Source: Octopus sinensis
Taxonomy: Eukaryota
Reading direction: 5' to 3'
DNA length: 64,000 nucleotides
NCBI RefSeq assembly: GCF_006345805.1
Contig: NC_043011.1
Coordinates: 61,144,464 to 61,208,463, forward strand
Shown: positions 63,141-64,000 of the stretch, piece after piece
Layout: every line of letters begins with the position of its first letter
Position numbering within the stretch: position 1 is the first letter of the stretch
The notes under the pieces: generated by a model
Told to the model about the DNA's origin: nothing
Databases searched by the model: none
Seen by the model: only the letters and a program-made list of their open reading frames with translations
Program-made: the position numbers and the translations under genes

Positions 63141-63231
63141 CTTTTCTCGTACACAAGACGGCAGCTACTATACATATATGTGTGTGTGTGGGAGGGAGGT
63201 GTTTGTGTTTATATGTATATTGATATATGTT

Positions 63232-63264
<33 letters not shown>

Positions 63265-63268
<4 letters not shown>

Positions 63269-63445
63269 ATTTTTTCCTCTGTCTTCCTTTTCTATTGTAC
63301 TTTCCCCTGTCTCCTGTTTGTGAAGAAGAGCCTTGCTCGAAACGTAAAACCACCTTTGTCTCCTGACCGTCTGCTAATTCTTTGTATGTTCTACGTCCTC
63401 GCGTTGTGGTTTTTTCATGTGTTTGTTCTTCGTTTTTTTTTTACT
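63265..63445 (+). mobile_element. Short HHR-like repeat (family H1)
   Basis: GTTT-GTGAAGA-A-GAGC(ctt)GCTC-GAAA-CG-TA-AAAC at 63316-63350. Confidence 0.7.
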
Positions 63446-63519
63446 ATATGTATATATATACATATATATATGTATATATACATGCATACATACATATACA
63501 TGCATATGTATACGTTTTA

Positions 63520-63625
63520 TCATTTATCTTTTACTTGCTTCAGTCATCTTCACTGCGGCCATGCTGCAGTACCGCATTGAAGGATTATTTTGTGGAACAA
63601 ATCGATCCCAGGACTTATTTTTTAA
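63520..63625 (-). mobile_element. SINE family B 3' tail
   Basis: Minus strand gcggtactgcagcatggccgcagtgaagatgactgaagcaagtaaaagataaa. Confidence 0.75.
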
Positions 63626-63663
63626 ACACACAGACACACAGACACACAGACACACAGACACAC

Positions 63664-63705
<42 letters not shown>

Positions 63706-63710
<5 letters not shown>

Positions 63711-63910
63711 ATCCAAACAAGAAAGCACAAAAAAACACACCAACGCGAGGACGTGGAACAAATATAGTATTATTGGACGCTCAGGAAAGAAGGAAAGAAG
63801 GAGGGTGTAACGTTTCGAGCGGAGCTCTTCGTCGGAAACATAGGAGAAGGAAAGATCCAGAGAAGAGAAGACAGAGGGAAAAAAATCGCCAACGGTACAC
63901 ACGAGGTCAC
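63706..63910 (-). mobile_element. Short HHR-like repeat (family H1)
   Basis: Minus strand GTTT-CCGACGA-A-GAGC(tcc)GCTC-GAAA-CG-TT-ACAC at 63804-63840. Lies between (TA)n and (AAT)n. Confidence 0.7.
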
Positions 63911-63959
<49 letters not shown>

Positions 63960-64000
63960 TATAATGAACATTAATACTCATGAAAGATATTAATGTTTGT

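Overview
AT-rich, microsatellite-saturated eukaryotic non-coding DNA. The repeat families match those I recall from Octopus genomes (inference, not a database result). I find no supportable host protein-coding exon: the ORF track is translated simple repeats or decayed transposon coding. The window is a mosaic of at least five tRNA-derived SINE families, Tc1/mariner fossils and MITEs, a Helitron 3' end, and CR1-, RTE-, Penelope- and RLE-type (Dong/R4-, HERO-like) retroelement fragments. The most notable items are: (1) a full-length U6 snRNA retrocopy joined to a CR1-type LINE 3' stem-loop tail (a U6/LINE chimera); (2) about 15 minimal hammerhead-ribozyme (HHR) motifs in several short repeat families, mostly sitting in (TA)n tracts, including a tRNA-headed HHR SINE with a Penelope-style 5' fold-back and one HHR with a G3-C8 swapped core; (3) RLE retrotransposon fragments each sitting in a different microsatellite ((TAA)n, (TACA)n, (AAC)n); (4) head-less SINE tandems with one recurring junction that suggests a structure-guided template jump. 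Coordinates were counted by hand and element boundaries are approximate.
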